Assembly: GCA_030390025.1 (NCBI GenBank)
Contig: CM059431.1
Coordinates: forward strand, 155,870,001 to 155,934,000
From: Squalus acanthias
Lineage: Eukaryota
Reading direction: 5' to 3'
DNA: 64,000 nt
Shown here in pieces: positions 36,073 to 49,200 of the stretch. The notes beneath the pieces were generated by a model. That model was not told the DNA's origin. It was given only the letters and a program-made list of their open reading frames with translations, and searched no databases. A program made the position numbers and the translations under genes. Positions within the stretch are counted from its first letter, which is position 1. Each line of letters begins with the position of its first letter.

Positions 36073-39000
36073 TATAGAGTCATACAGTTAGATAGCACAG
36101 AAAGAGGCCCTTCGGCCCATCATGTCCGCGCCGGTAATCAAGCCCTGTCTATTCTAATCCCATTATCCAGCAATTGGCCGTAGCCTTGTATGCTATGGCA
36201 TTTCAAGTGCCCATGCTTCTTGAATGCGGTGAGGGTTCCTGCCTCTACCACCCTTTCAGGCAGTGAGTTCCAGATTCCAATCCCCCTCTGCGTGATAATG
36301 GTTTTCCACAATTCCCCTCAAAAGCTCCTGCCCCTTACCTTGAAACTATGTCCTGTGGTTATTGACCTCTCTACTAAGGGGAAAAGTTCCTTTCTATCTA
36401 CCCTATCCATGAACCTGATAATTTTGTACACCTCAATCAGGTCCCCACTTAGCCTTCCCTGCTCTAGGGAAAGCAACCCCAGCCTGTCCAGTCTCCCTTC
36501 GCAGCTGAAGCGCTCCAGCTCAGGTAACATCCTGGTGAATCTCCTCTGCACTCTGTCCAATGCAATCACATCCTTCCTATAGTGTGGCGACCAGAACTGC
36601 ACACAGTGTTCCAGCTGTTGGCTAAATAGCGTTGTGTACAGCTTCATCATAACGACCTTGCTCTTATATTCTATGGCTCGGCTAATGAAGGCAAGTATCA
36701 CATATGCCTTTTTAACCACCTTATCTACCTGTCCTGCTGCCTTCTGGGATCTATATGCATGCACACCAAGGCCCCTCTGATCTCTGTTCTTCCTAGGGTC
36801 CTACCATTCATTGTGGATTACCTTGCCTTGTTAGTCCTCCCAAAATGCATCACCTCACACTTTTCAGGGTTAAATTCCATTTGCCACTGTTCTGCCCATC
36901 TAAGCATCCCGTCGATATCGGCCTGTAACCTGAGGCTATTTAACACTCCACCAATTTTCGTGTCATCTGCGAACTTACTGATCATACCTCTTACATTCAT
37001 ATCTAAATCAGTAATGTACACTACAAACAGTAAGGGACCCAGCACCGCTCCTTGCGTTACCACACTGGACACAGGGTTCCAGTCACAAAAACAACCTTCA
37101 ACGATCACCCTCTGCCTCCTGCCACGAAGCCAATTTTGAATCCAATGTGTCAAATGTCCCTGGATCCCATCGACTCTTACCTTGTTCATCAGTCTCCCAT
37201 GTGGGACTTTGTCAAAAGCCTTACAGAAGTCCATGTAGACTGCACCAACTGCACTACTCTCATCCACACATCTAGTCAACCCCTCGATAAATTCAATCAA
37301 TTTGGTCATACTGATCACCCCCTGACAAAGCCATGCTGACTATCCATGATTAATTCCTGCCTCTCCAAGTGGAGACTAATTCTGTCCATCAGAAATGTTT
37401 CCAATAATTTCCCTATCACTGAATTTAGGGTCACTGGCCTATAATTCCCTATTTTTTTCCTTACTACCCTTCTTGAACAATCGTGTTCTCCAGTCCTCTG
37501 GCACCTCCCCTGTGGCCAGAGAAGTTCTGAAAATTTGTGTCAGAGCCCCTGTAATCTCCTCCCTTGCCTCACACAGAAGCCTGGGATACATCCCGTCATG
37601 GCCTTGGGTTTATTCACTTTTAAGCCGGCTAAAACCGCGAGTACGCTCCCTCACAATACAATTTTTTTCAAGTATATCTCAATCCAGCTGCCTGATTTCT
37701 ATGCCTACATCGTCCATCTCCATAGTGAACACAATTGCCAAATTTTCATTTAAAACCTCACCTATATCTTCCGGCACTTGCCTTTAATATTCTCATCAAA
37801 CACCTTGGGATTTTCCTTCATTTTGCCCGCCAGTGTTTTTTCATGCCCCCTCTTCGCTCTCCTAATTTTTTTTTAAGTACCCCCCTGCACTTTCTATAAT
37901 CCTCTAGGGCTTCCACTGTTTTTAGTCCTTTGTATCTGCCAACAGCCTGCCGTTTTTTCCTTATCCATTCTTGTATATCCGCTGACATGCAAGGTTCACT
38001 GGAATTGTTGGTCCCACCCTTGACCTTTAAGGGAACATGTTGGCGTTGTACTCTCACTAGTTTCTTTCTGAAAGACTCCCACTGCTCTAATGTGGATTTT
38101 CCTACAAGTTCCTGATCCCAGTCCACTTTGGCCAGATCCTGCCTTATCATGTTAAAATCGGCCTTCCCCCAAATTTAGAAACTCTATTTCCGCTCCATCT
38201 TTGTCCTTTTCGATGACTACCTTAAATCTCAGCGAATTATGGTCAGTTTCACCAAAATGCTCTCCTACTGACACTTCTACCATTTTCCCGGCTACATTCC
38301 CAAGAATTAGGTCAATAACCGCCCACTCTCTTGTAGGACTTTCTACATGCTGGCTCAAAAAGTTCTCCTGGATGCATTTTAATAATTCTGCGCCTTCTAA
38401 GCCTTTCACACTCTCACTATCATAGTTAATATTGAGGACGTTGAAATCCCCTACTCTTATTACCCTATTATTTCTACACATCTCTGAGATTTGCCGACAT
38501 ATATTTTGCTCCATCTCCCCCTGACTGTTTGCGGGCCTATAGTACACTCCCAGCAAAGTGCTTGCCACCTTTTTGTTTTTATGTTCTACCCATATGCCCT
38601 CATTAGAGGAACCTGCTAAGATATCATCCCTCCTTAAAGCAGTAATGGACTACTTGATTAATATTGCGGCACCCCCTCCTCTTTTACACCCCCCTCTGTC
38701 TCGCCTGAAGATTCTATACCCCGGAATATTGAGCTGCCAGTCCTGCCCCTCCTTCAGCCATGTCTCTATGACAGCAACAATATCATACTCTCTTGTGTTC
38801 ATCAACACCTTCAATTCATCTGCCTTCCAGGCTGACTTGCCATTTCCTCTATGTTTGGCCGTGCATGACCCGCTACTATAGCTCCAACCGTATCCCATCC
38901 CCCTGCCAAGTCAGTTTAAACACCTCCCCCCCCGACCACCCCAACAGTACTAGTACACCTCCTCGCAGTGATATTGGTCCCGTTCCGTTTCCGTTGCAAC

Positions 39001-40510
39001 CCGTCCGACTTGTACCGGTCCCACCATCCCCAGAAGCAGAGCCAGTGAACCAGGAAACTAAAGGCCTCCCTCCTGCAGCAACTCTTTAGCCACGCATTCA
39101 CCTGCTCTATCCTCCTATTCCTATACTCACTAGCACGTGTCATCGGGAGTAATCCAGAGATTACAACCTTTGAGGTCCTGCTTTTTAATCTGCTGCGTAG
39201 ATCCCTACATTCTTGTTGCAGGACCTCATCCCTCTTTCTACCAATGTCGTTGGTACCAATGTGAACCACGACCTCTGAAGTTTGCCCTCCCGCTTCAGAA
39301 TGCCCTGCAGCCGTTCAGTGACATCCTTGACTCTGGTACCAGGGAAGCAACATACCATCCTGGAGTCATGTCTGCGGCCACATAAACGTCTATCTGTTCC
39401 CCTTACGATAGAATCCCCTATCACTACTGCTCTCCCACTCTTTTTCCTCCACTCCTGTGCAGCTGAGCCACTCGTAGTGCCACGTGCTTGACTTTTGCTG
39501 CATTGCCCTGAGAAAACATCACCCCCATCAGTTTCCGAAACACAAAATCTGTTGGAGAGGGAGATAGACCCAGGGGACCCCTGCACTACCTTCCAATTCT
39601 TTTTCTCTGTCTGGCGGTCACCCATTTCCTGTCTGCCTGTGCAGTCTTTACCTGCAGTGTGACCACCTCGTTAAACGTGCTATCCACGAAGATCTCAGCG
39701 TTGCGGATGCTCCACAGTGACTCCAGCCGCAGCTCCAGCTCCGAAACGCGGTTTTCTACTAGCTGTACCTGGAGACTCTTCCTGCACATGTGTTCGCCCT
39801 GGACGCCTAAAGTGTTCCTGACTGCCCACATAGCACAAGAGGTGCACTCCACCAGCCGAGCTGCCCTGCCATGTCCTACCCTTAGTTTTCTCCCTTTACT
39901 TCCTTTAAATTAATGAATATTAAATACACCAGCCACCTTACTTCCCTTTAAGCACTACTTACTCTAAACTAGAGACCTTACTTTGCCTTTAACGACAGGA
40001 CTGTAGAAATACTCACCAGGTCCTACTTACCAATCAGCTCCTTCTCTGGCTGTGACATCACTTTAGCTGTTTCGCAGTTGTTGTTGTTTGACTGCTCCTG
40101 CTCTCGTACTCTTTCTTTGGTGTTAGTAAGAACCAATACCTACAGGGGGAAAAGTTGGGAAAAACAAAGGCGAAGCAAGGGAGCTACTCCTTCCACTCCT
40201 CACCTAGCTCCCTGACTCACTCAACTCGCAGCACTCTGTTTAAACTGAACTCAGTGCAAAATCGCACTTCAAAACCTGTTTTTATAGGACCTGAAACAAT
40301 GGAGCTTGCTGTTTTCTGCTACAGGAGAACCAATCTAATTTCCCTAATTAACTGCCGTCAGCTGCTCTGAATTATAGGCCTTGTATATCCCTTTATAACC
40401 ATGCTTAAAGCTGGAAAATTTAGATTTTAAACAGTAAACAGTAACAGTAAATGTGAAACAAACAACAGTTTTAGCAAACAGTTAAGCATTCTGTTTAAAC
40501 CGCACCCAGT
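36073..40510 (-). mobile_element. Full-length (~4.4 kb) CR1 LINE with 9-bp target-site duplication; ORFs disrupted
   Basis: TSD CTTTATTTC at 36064-36072 and 40511-40519. 5'UTR ~39880-40510. ORF1 MECTSCAMW..VIGDSIVRG..HIGTNDIG..DGL (zinc finger plus SGNH esterase). ORF2 YDIVAVIETW, YYRP, GDFN, FADDTK. Confidence 0.95.
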
Positions 40511-40886
40511 CTTTATTTCGGTTTCTGTACATGGTTTTAGATTGAATTAAATGTTTTAATTCATGATTCTAATTTAGACTCTGGGTGCCTCAGTAAGGAT
40601 CCATCAATCTGATTATTTCAGGAGAAATTGATTTACTTGCCCTGTTCACACAGGTCCCAGATACAAGGACGCCTATTTTAAATGGATTTCCAATTGCCGC
40701 AAAACGCAGAACAAAAACCGACTAAACGTTTGTGGGAAGTTGTAAGCATAATGAATGACGAGCGCCGTTCATTCTCTAGCGACCGCATAATCCTCCCCAA
40801 TTATCTTTGTACTACTACACAAATAAGTGATGATTTCGCGACATTAAAACACCATAATTGTGCTCAAAAATAATGCGAGTCCTTAC

Positions 40887-40922
40887 CTTTGTTCTTCGTT
40901 GCTGTTTCTAGTCCCAGAGTAT
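40887..40922 (-). CDS. Candidate 36-nt micro-exon (phase 1-1) of the host gene
   Basis: Acceptor ctaatttattAG| and strong donor AAAG|GTAAGG. Reads (D)TLGLETATKNK(D) and splices in frame to exon 21482-21648. Confidence 0.5.
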
Positions 40923-42130
40923 CTAATAAATTAGTTTTATGGATTCGACAGGTTAATGAACACACCCTGGGTAAAGTTCAGTTACACATCACAGTCATAA
41001 ACACAACCTTCAATCCCGACCCGCCTGTTTTCTGGTGCAGATCTCTTTCTGAATCATACACTGTCTGAAACAGATTGAAAACTTCTGATTAATTACTGAT
41101 CCTTTACCCAATGGCATTAACCCTCTGTGTCTTAACAATCTCTAAATTTCGCCCCGCTCTTCCTTCTGTGGTTCAGAAGAATCCGCCAAGAAAACGGGTT
41201 CTGCAGCCATAATCAGTTCCTTGTCCTCAAATCGATTGATTACTCACCACAACACATCTTGAATATTCGAATGTGAAAGGGCACAAAGACCAAGGTACAA
41301 AGATCGATAATTAAAATCTCCAGCAAATAGTTTCCAGTTCATGAGTAATAGTTTGGGCCTTTATCAGAATGGTCCCACACATGAGTATCACGATCCAGGT
41401 TTCATGTACTTGTCCTAATCAGCAAATGTGTGGGTTAAATTAGTGACATTTCTGCTTTATCAGCCTGTTAACTTTTATTGTTGGTAATTTAATTTCACAT
41501 TTTAATTTAATCTTTCTTTTAACATTTTGGCAGCGGATTCATTTAAAGGTCAGGCTGAGCAAGTCAGAACATTAAAATAATTTCTAACATTTGAATTGAA
41601 TATGAATATTAAAAGTGGATGCTACTTTTTGCGCCTCATCTGTGTCTCATTCCCCTTCCTGCTTCTCTGTGCTGCCAATCCCAATCTATTTCTGGCTTCC
41701 CTGCTTCGTCTCTGAAAATTCTTCATTTTTCCTGTCCGCTTCACTCCCTGATTCTGTGCCTCACCTTTAATGTTTGCTTCCCTCCCTCACCGGTTCCATA
41801 TCTCTTTCTCCCCCGGTTTCCCTTCTCTTCAGCTCTATGTCTCATTCTTTCGTAATTTAACTTCCCCAGATGCATTTTAATTCCATCTGCTCCATCCCTG
41901 AATGCCCCCTGCATCTGTAAACGCCTCCACCTCTACAGTCTCCTCCACCATAAACTCTCTCCCTAATACATTATTCCTTCGCCAAACAGTTGCAATCAGA
42001 ACTTGACCCTTGCCCATCGTTTCCTCCTGTTCATCTTGATGCTGAAGAGTTCCTAAAATGCTTATAGGAGTACTTTATTGATCAGTATGTTTCGAGCCCA
42101 AATAGGAGCAAAGCAGTGCTGGATCTACTG

Positions 42131-45100
42131 GGTGCAGCCAGAGTCAATTCCACGGCACCGCGGGTGGCTCAGCTGCACAGTGGTGGGGTGGGGGTGAGAG
42201 GAAAAAGAGTGGAAGAGCAATAGTTGTAGGGGATTCGATAGTTAGGGGAGCAGACAGGCGTTTCTGCGGCCGCAGACATGACTCCAGGAATTTATGTTAC
42301 CTTCCATGTGCCTCGGTCAAGGATGTTACTCAGAGGCTGCAGGACACTCGGTGGGGGGAGGGTGAACAGCCAAAGGTCATTGTCCATACCATACAAACGA
42401 CATAGGCAGAAAGAGGGATGAGGTCCTGCAGGCAGTGCTTAGGGAGATTGGAGACAGATTAAAAAGCAGGACCTCAAAGGTAGTAATCTTCGGATTGTTC
42501 CCGCTGCCGCGTGCTAGTGAGTACAGGAATAGAACGATGGAGTCGATGAATGCGTGGCTGGAGAGATGGTGCAGGAGGGATGGCTTTAGATTCCTGAGGC
42601 ATTGGGAACATTTCTGGGGAAGGTGGGACCTGTACAAACCGGACGGCTTACACATTAGCAGAGCCGTGACCAATATTCTCGAGGGGAGGTTTGTCAGTGC
42701 TGTTGGGAAGGGTTTTACTTAACTTGGCAGGGGTAAAGGCACCAGCATATAGGAGTAGAAAAGAGAAATAAGGTGCATAAAAGAGTGAATATATTGGATA
42801 GTACTAGAGAAGATAGTACTAAAGGCGGTAGTAGTAACATATTAGATAGGAGCAGACTATGAATGACTTCGAAAAATTCAAAAAGGAGTTTAGAATACAT
42901 GTGCGTAAACGCACAAATTGTGGTGAATAATGTTGGTGAGCTACAAGCACACTTAACTGTATGACAATATAATGTGGCAATAATGGAAACGTGGCTCAAA
43001 AACGGTGAGGACTGGGCATTTAATATTCAAGGGTACAAGGTGTACAGAAAAGATAGGGAGGGGAAAACGGGAGGTGGAGTGGCAGTGCTGATTAAGGAAG
43101 ACACTGTATGTTTGGAAAGGGAGGATGTTCCTGAGGGGACAAGGACAGAATCCATTTGGTTACAGTTGAGGAGCAAAAAGTGTATGATCAAGATTTTGGG
43201 GTTTTCTTTCGGCCTCCAATTATTGAGAGGGAGGTAGACTAGCAAATCTGCAGGGAAATCGCTGAGATATGCAAGAGCTGTAGAGTGGTGATATTCGGGG
43301 ACTTTAATTTCCCAAATATCATTTGGGATAATGCTAGGGTAAAGGGAAAGAAGGTGAGAAATTATTGAAATACATCCACGAGAATTTCCTTGACCAATAT
43401 GTTCTTGGCACATTCAGGAAGGAGGCATTGCTGGATCTGGTGCTGGGGAATGAGGTGGGCCAGGTCGACCAAGTTTCTGTGGGAGAACAGTTGGGTATTA
43501 GTGATCATCGTATCATAAGATTTAGATTAGCAATGGAGAGGAGCAAGGAACAATCTAGAGTGGAACTTCTAAATTGGAATAGGGTTAAGTTCAATGGGAT
43601 GCGAAAGGATCAAGCCAGTGTAAAATGGTTCCAAAGACTGACAGGAAAAACTGTAACGTACAAATTGGTCATCTTTAAGAAGGAGATGTACCAAATACAG
43701 GCTAGGAACATTCCAACAAGAGGGAAGGGTAAGGGACCAAAGCAATGGCAACTTGGATGACGAGAGAGATAGAGAAGACGATGAAACAAAAAAAGAGGGT
43801 GTATGATGCATGTCAGGTGAATACTTCAAGGGAGAACCATACAATAAGTTCAGAGGGGGTGTGAAGATGAAAATAGAATTGGCAAAGAGAAAATATGAGA
43901 ATAGAATGGCGGTTAGCATAAAAGGGAACCCCAATATCTTCTACCGGCATGTAAACAGTAAGTGGGCAGTAAGAGGTGGTGTGGGGCCTATTTGAGACAA
44001 AGAAGGAAATATATCCTTAGAGGCGCAAGGCAGGGCTAGAATACTCCATGAGTACTTTGTATCGGAGCCTACTAAGGAGATGGATGTTAAAAAAGTTTCG
44101 GTATCAGTGGAAAAGGTAGAAGCAATGGAAGGAGTGAAAATTGATAGACAGGCTGTACTCGAAAGGCCGGGTATGCTTAGAGAGGTCAAGTCGCCAAGTC
44201 CAGATGGCTTGCATCCCGGCTGGCTAAGGGATTTGTGGGTGTAGATAGTGGAACGGCTTGCCTTAATTTTCAAATCTTCCCTAGAGGCGAGGGTGTTGCC
44301 TGAGTATTGTAAAGGTGCAAATGTCACACCATTGTTCAAGAAAGGCTGTAAAGACAATCCTAGTAACTACAGGCTGGTCAGTTTTTAACATCAGTGGTGG
44401 GTAAATATTTAGAAACAATAATAACGAAAAAAATTATCGGGGTTTTGGAAAGTTTTAATCTAATTAATGAGATAATGAAGATCGAGTTTGACTTATCTAA
44501 ATGAATTTTTTGATGAAGTAACAGAAATGATTGTTGAAGGGAATGTAATGGATATGATCTACATGGATTTTCGGAAGGCCTTTGACAAAGTACCACACAG
44601 CAGGCTGGATAACAAAATTGAGTTTCGTGGAATAGGTGGGTCAGTGGTAGCTTGGATAAGGAATTGGCTTTAAGACAGAAAACAGCGACATTTGGCAAAT
44701 GGTTGTTATTCAGACTGGAGCATGGTAGACAGTGGTGTTCACCGAGAGTCAGTGCTGGGGCCACTGCTTGTTTTATATATATATAAATGACATGAATATT
44801 GGAAAACAGAGTAGAATTTCTAAATTTTTCGATGACACCAAACTTGTGGGGTTGTCAAACCGTGATGACGATATCAATCGACTGCAACAGATCATAAAAA
44901 GGCTAGCAGAATGGGCAGACAAGTGGCAGATGGAATTTAATACAGAGAATTGAGAAGTGCTGCATTTTGTCAGAAGTAACAGGGAGAGACAATATACACT
45001 TAATAGCACTGTTTCAAAGAGTGTGCAGAGACAGAGGAACTTGGGAGTTAATGTGCATCGGTCCCTAAAGGTGGCAGCGATTATTGAAACAGTGGTTAAC

Positions 45101-45750
45101 AAAGCATTTGGGCGCTTGGGCTTCATAAATAAAGGTATTGAGTACAAAAGTAGAGAAGTAATGCTGAAGCTTTAAAAAGCGTTGGTTAGGACACAACTGT
45201 ACTATTGCGTCCAGTTCTGGTCCCCACACATTAGGAAGAATGTGAAGGCCCTTGGGAGGTTGCAGAGGACATATACCATACTGATTCCGGAGATGGGGAA
45301 TCTTAGCCAGAAGTACATGTTGGAAAAGCTGGATTTATTTTCATTAGAGCAAAGGAGGTTGGGGGTTGATTTGATATATGTGTACAAGATTAGGACGGGT
45401 TTGGATAGGCTATACGGGGAATGGCTGTTCCCAATAGTTGATGGTACAAGGACAATGGGACACAGATTTAAAGTTTTGGGCAAGAGATACAGGGGGAATG
45501 TGTGCGGTTTTTTTTTACACAGCGAGTGGTGATGACCTGGAATTCGCTGCCGATAGAAGTGGTGGAAGCGGAGACACTCAATGTTTTCAAGGGGAGACTT
45601 TATAGCCACTTGAGGGAAATAAACTTGCAGGCTCCGGGGATAGAGCGGGGGAATGGGACTGACTGGATTGCTCTACAGAGAGCAGGCACGCAATCGATGG
45701 GTTTAATAGCCTCCCTCTCTGCCGTTATAAATCTATGACAATATGACTCT
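42131..45750 (+). mobile_element. Near-full-length decayed CR1 (ORF1 esterase, ORF2, 3'UTR) inserted in an older CR1
   Basis: VVGDSIVRG; WDLYKPDGLH; AIMETWLK; FFDDTK; tail ctatgacaatatgact. Confidence 0.92.
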
Positions 45751-46247
45751 AGTTTCGGAGACTGTATTCGGGCACATGGAGTGTGTTTCTGTGGGCGAAC
45801 ATCTGGTTAATAGAGATCATAATATAATTAGGTTTAAAGATGTTATTGAAAGTGAAAAAATAAAATCAACGATGAAATCTCATTTCAGTGTTTTGAGAAT
45901 GGAAACAAAGATTGACCAATGAAACAGTAAATGAACAAAAACAGGCCTTCAACAAGGAGATAATTTGTCTATAACCAGGCAAGTTCCTAAAAGGAGGAAA
46001 GATGTGGCATCCAAAGCTAGATTTCCCTGGATGAAAAAGAAGTAGAGGTTAAAAGAAAAAAGAAAAAGGAGGTTTATAAAAACTTTCAGGAAAAAAATAC
46101 AATCGAAAACCAGACATAATAGATAATGCAGGGGAAAATTTAAACTGGATATAAGAAGGACAAAGACCGATTATGAGAAAATATCAGCAGGTAATATTAA
46201 AGGGAAACCAAACATCATTAAACATAAAAAGTAAAAGGAATGGTGGA

Positions 46248-49200
46248 TACAGTATCATAGTGGTTAAGTTACTGGACAATTAATCCAGGGGCCTGGATAA
46301 ATGATCCGGTGATATGGTTCAAAATCCCTCCATGGTAGCTGGTGAATTTACTTTCAGTTAATTAAAGACATCTGGAATAAAAAGCTATTATCAGTAATGG
46401 TAACCATGAAACTATCGATTGTCGTAAACTCCCATCTGGTTCACTAATGTCCTTTCGGGAAGGAAATCCGTCGTTCATACCTGGTTGAGCCTGTATGTGA
46501 CCCCAGACTCATTGCAATGTGATTGGCACTTAACTACCCTCTGAAATGGCCTAGCAAGCCACTCAGTTGTAACAAACCGCTACGAAGCAAAATAATAAAA
46601 ATGAAACCGGACAGACCACCCGGCATCGACCTCGGCACCGGCTATGGACACGACAACGGCACACCCAGCCCAATCAACACGGCAAATGCCTCCTCACCAA
46701 CATCTGTGAACTTGTGCCAAAATTGGGAGGGCTGTCCCACAGATTAGTCAAGCAACAACCTGACATAATCATTTTCACAGAATCATACCATTCAGCCAAT
46801 GTCCAAAACATCATCATCCCTGGGTATGACCTGTCCCACCAGCAGGACAGACCCACCAGGGGTGGCGCCACAGTGGTATACATTCGGGAAGGAGTAGCAC
46901 AGGGTGTCCTCAGCATTTACTCCGGAACCCATGAATTCTCATGGCTTCAGGTCAAGAATCGGCAAGGAAACCTCCTGCTGATTATCAACTACCGTCGTCC
47001 TCAGCTGATGAATCACTACTCCGCCATATTGAACACCACTTGGAAGAAGCAATAAGAGTTGCAGGGGCACAGAATGTACTCTGGGTGGAGGATTTAAATG
47101 TCCATCAACAAGCGTGGCTCGGTAGCAACACGACTGACCGAGCTGGCCGAGTCCTTAGGCCTCGCGAGGTGGTGAGAGAAACAACACGAGGGAAACACCT
47201 ACTTGACATCGTCCACGCCAATCTACCTGTCGCAGATGCATCTGTCAATGACAGTGTTGGAAGAAGTGAACACCGCAAAGCCATTGTTGAGACGAAGTCC
47301 CGTCTTCACACCGAGGGCACCTTCCATCGTGCTGTGTGGCACTACCACCGTGCTAATTGGGATAGATTCAGAACAGATCTTGCAGTTTAAAACCGGGCAT
47401 CCATGAGGTGGTGTGGGCCATCAGCACCAGCATAATTGAATTCCAACAGAATCTGTCACCTCATGTCCCGGCTTATCACTCACTCTATCATTACCATCAA
47501 GTCAGGGGACCAATACTGGTTCAATAAGGAGTGTAGAAGAGCATGCCAGGAGCAGCATCGGGAGTGCCTAAAAATGAGGTACCAAACTAGGGAAGCTGCA
47601 ACACAGGACTACACGCATGCTAAAAATCGGGAGCAGCATGCTATAGACAGGGTTAAGCGACCCCACAATCAGCGGATCAGATCAAAGCTCTGCAGTCCTA
47701 CCACATCCAGTCGTGAATGGTGGGGAACCATTAAACAACTAACGGGCGGAAGTAACTCCATTAATATCCCCATCCATAATGGTGGTTGATCCCAGCACGT
47801 GAGTGCAAAAGACAAGGCAGAAGCGTTTGCAATCATCTTCAGCCAGAAGTGCCGAGTGGATGATACATATCGGCCTCCTCCTGCCGTCCCCACAATCACA
47901 GAAACCAGTCTTCAGCCAATTCGATTCACTCCACGTGATATCAAGAAACGGCTGAGCGCACTGGATACAGCAAAGGTTATCGGCCCCGACAACATCCCGG
48001 CTATCGTGCTGAAGACTTGGGCTACAGAACTAGCTGTGACTCTAACCAAGCTTTTCCAGTACAGCTACAACACTGGCATCTATACGGCAATGTGGAAAGC
48101 TACCCAGGCATGTCCTTTCTAAAAAAAGCAGGACAAATCCAATCCGGCCAATTACCGCCCCAACTGTCTACTCTCAATTATCAGCAAAGTGATGGAAGGT
48201 GTCATCGACAGCGCTATCAAGCGGCACTTACTCACCAATAACCTGCACACGGGTGCCAAGTTTGGATTCGGCCATGACCACTCGGCTCCCGACCTCATTA
48301 CAGCCTTGGTCCGAACATGGACAAAAGGAGCTGAATTCCAGAGGAGAAGGGAGAGTGACTGCCCTGAGCAAAATTTAATCGAGTGTGGCATGAAGGAGCC
48401 CAAGTAAAACTGAAGTCAATGGGATTCAAGGGGAAACTCTCCCCTGGCTGGAGTCATACCTAGCACAAGGACGATGGTTGTGGTGATTGAAGGTCAATCA
48501 TCACATCCCCAGGATATCACTGCAGGAGTTCCTCAGGGCAGTGTCCTAGGCCCAAACATCTTCACATGCTTCATCAAAGACCTTCACTCCTAAATAAGGT
48601 CAGAAATGGGAATGTTTGCTGATGACTGCACAGAGTTCAGTGCCACTCTCAACTCCTCAGATAATGAAGCAGTCCAGGTCCGCAGGGAACAAGACTTGTA
48701 CGACTTTCAGGCTTCGGCTGATAAGTGGCAGGTAACATTCGCGCCACAGAAGTGTCAGGCAATGAATATCTCTAATAAGCGAGAGACCAACCACCGCCCC
48801 TTGATATTCAATGGCCTTACCATCACCGAATCCCTCACCATCAACATCCTGGGTGTCGCCATTAACCAGAAACTTAACTGGAACAGCCACATAAATACTG
48901 TGACAACAAGACCAGGTCAGATGCTGGGTATTCTGCGGCGAGTGTCTCACCTCCTGACTCCCAAAAACCTTTCCACAATCTACAAGGCACACGTAAGGCG
49001 TGTGATGGAATACTCCCCACTTTCCTGGATGAGTGCAGCTCCAACAGCACTCAAGGCGATCGACACCCTCCAGGACAGAGAAGCCAGCTTGATTGGCAAC
49101 CTATCTAACACCTTAAATATTCACTCCCTCCACCACCGGCGTACCATGGCTGCAGTGTGTACCATCTACAAGATGCACAGGTGGAACTCGCCAAGGCTTC

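Noticed and set aside
36190..39913. Multiple + strand ORFs
   Set aside because: Antisense shadows of CR1 ORF1/ORF2; the same applies to 57975..58592 and 62824..63345.
46253..46335. tRNA gene
   Set aside because: A/B boxes are present but I see no complete cloverleaf or terminator; it continues into the repeat body and recurs as SINE heads.
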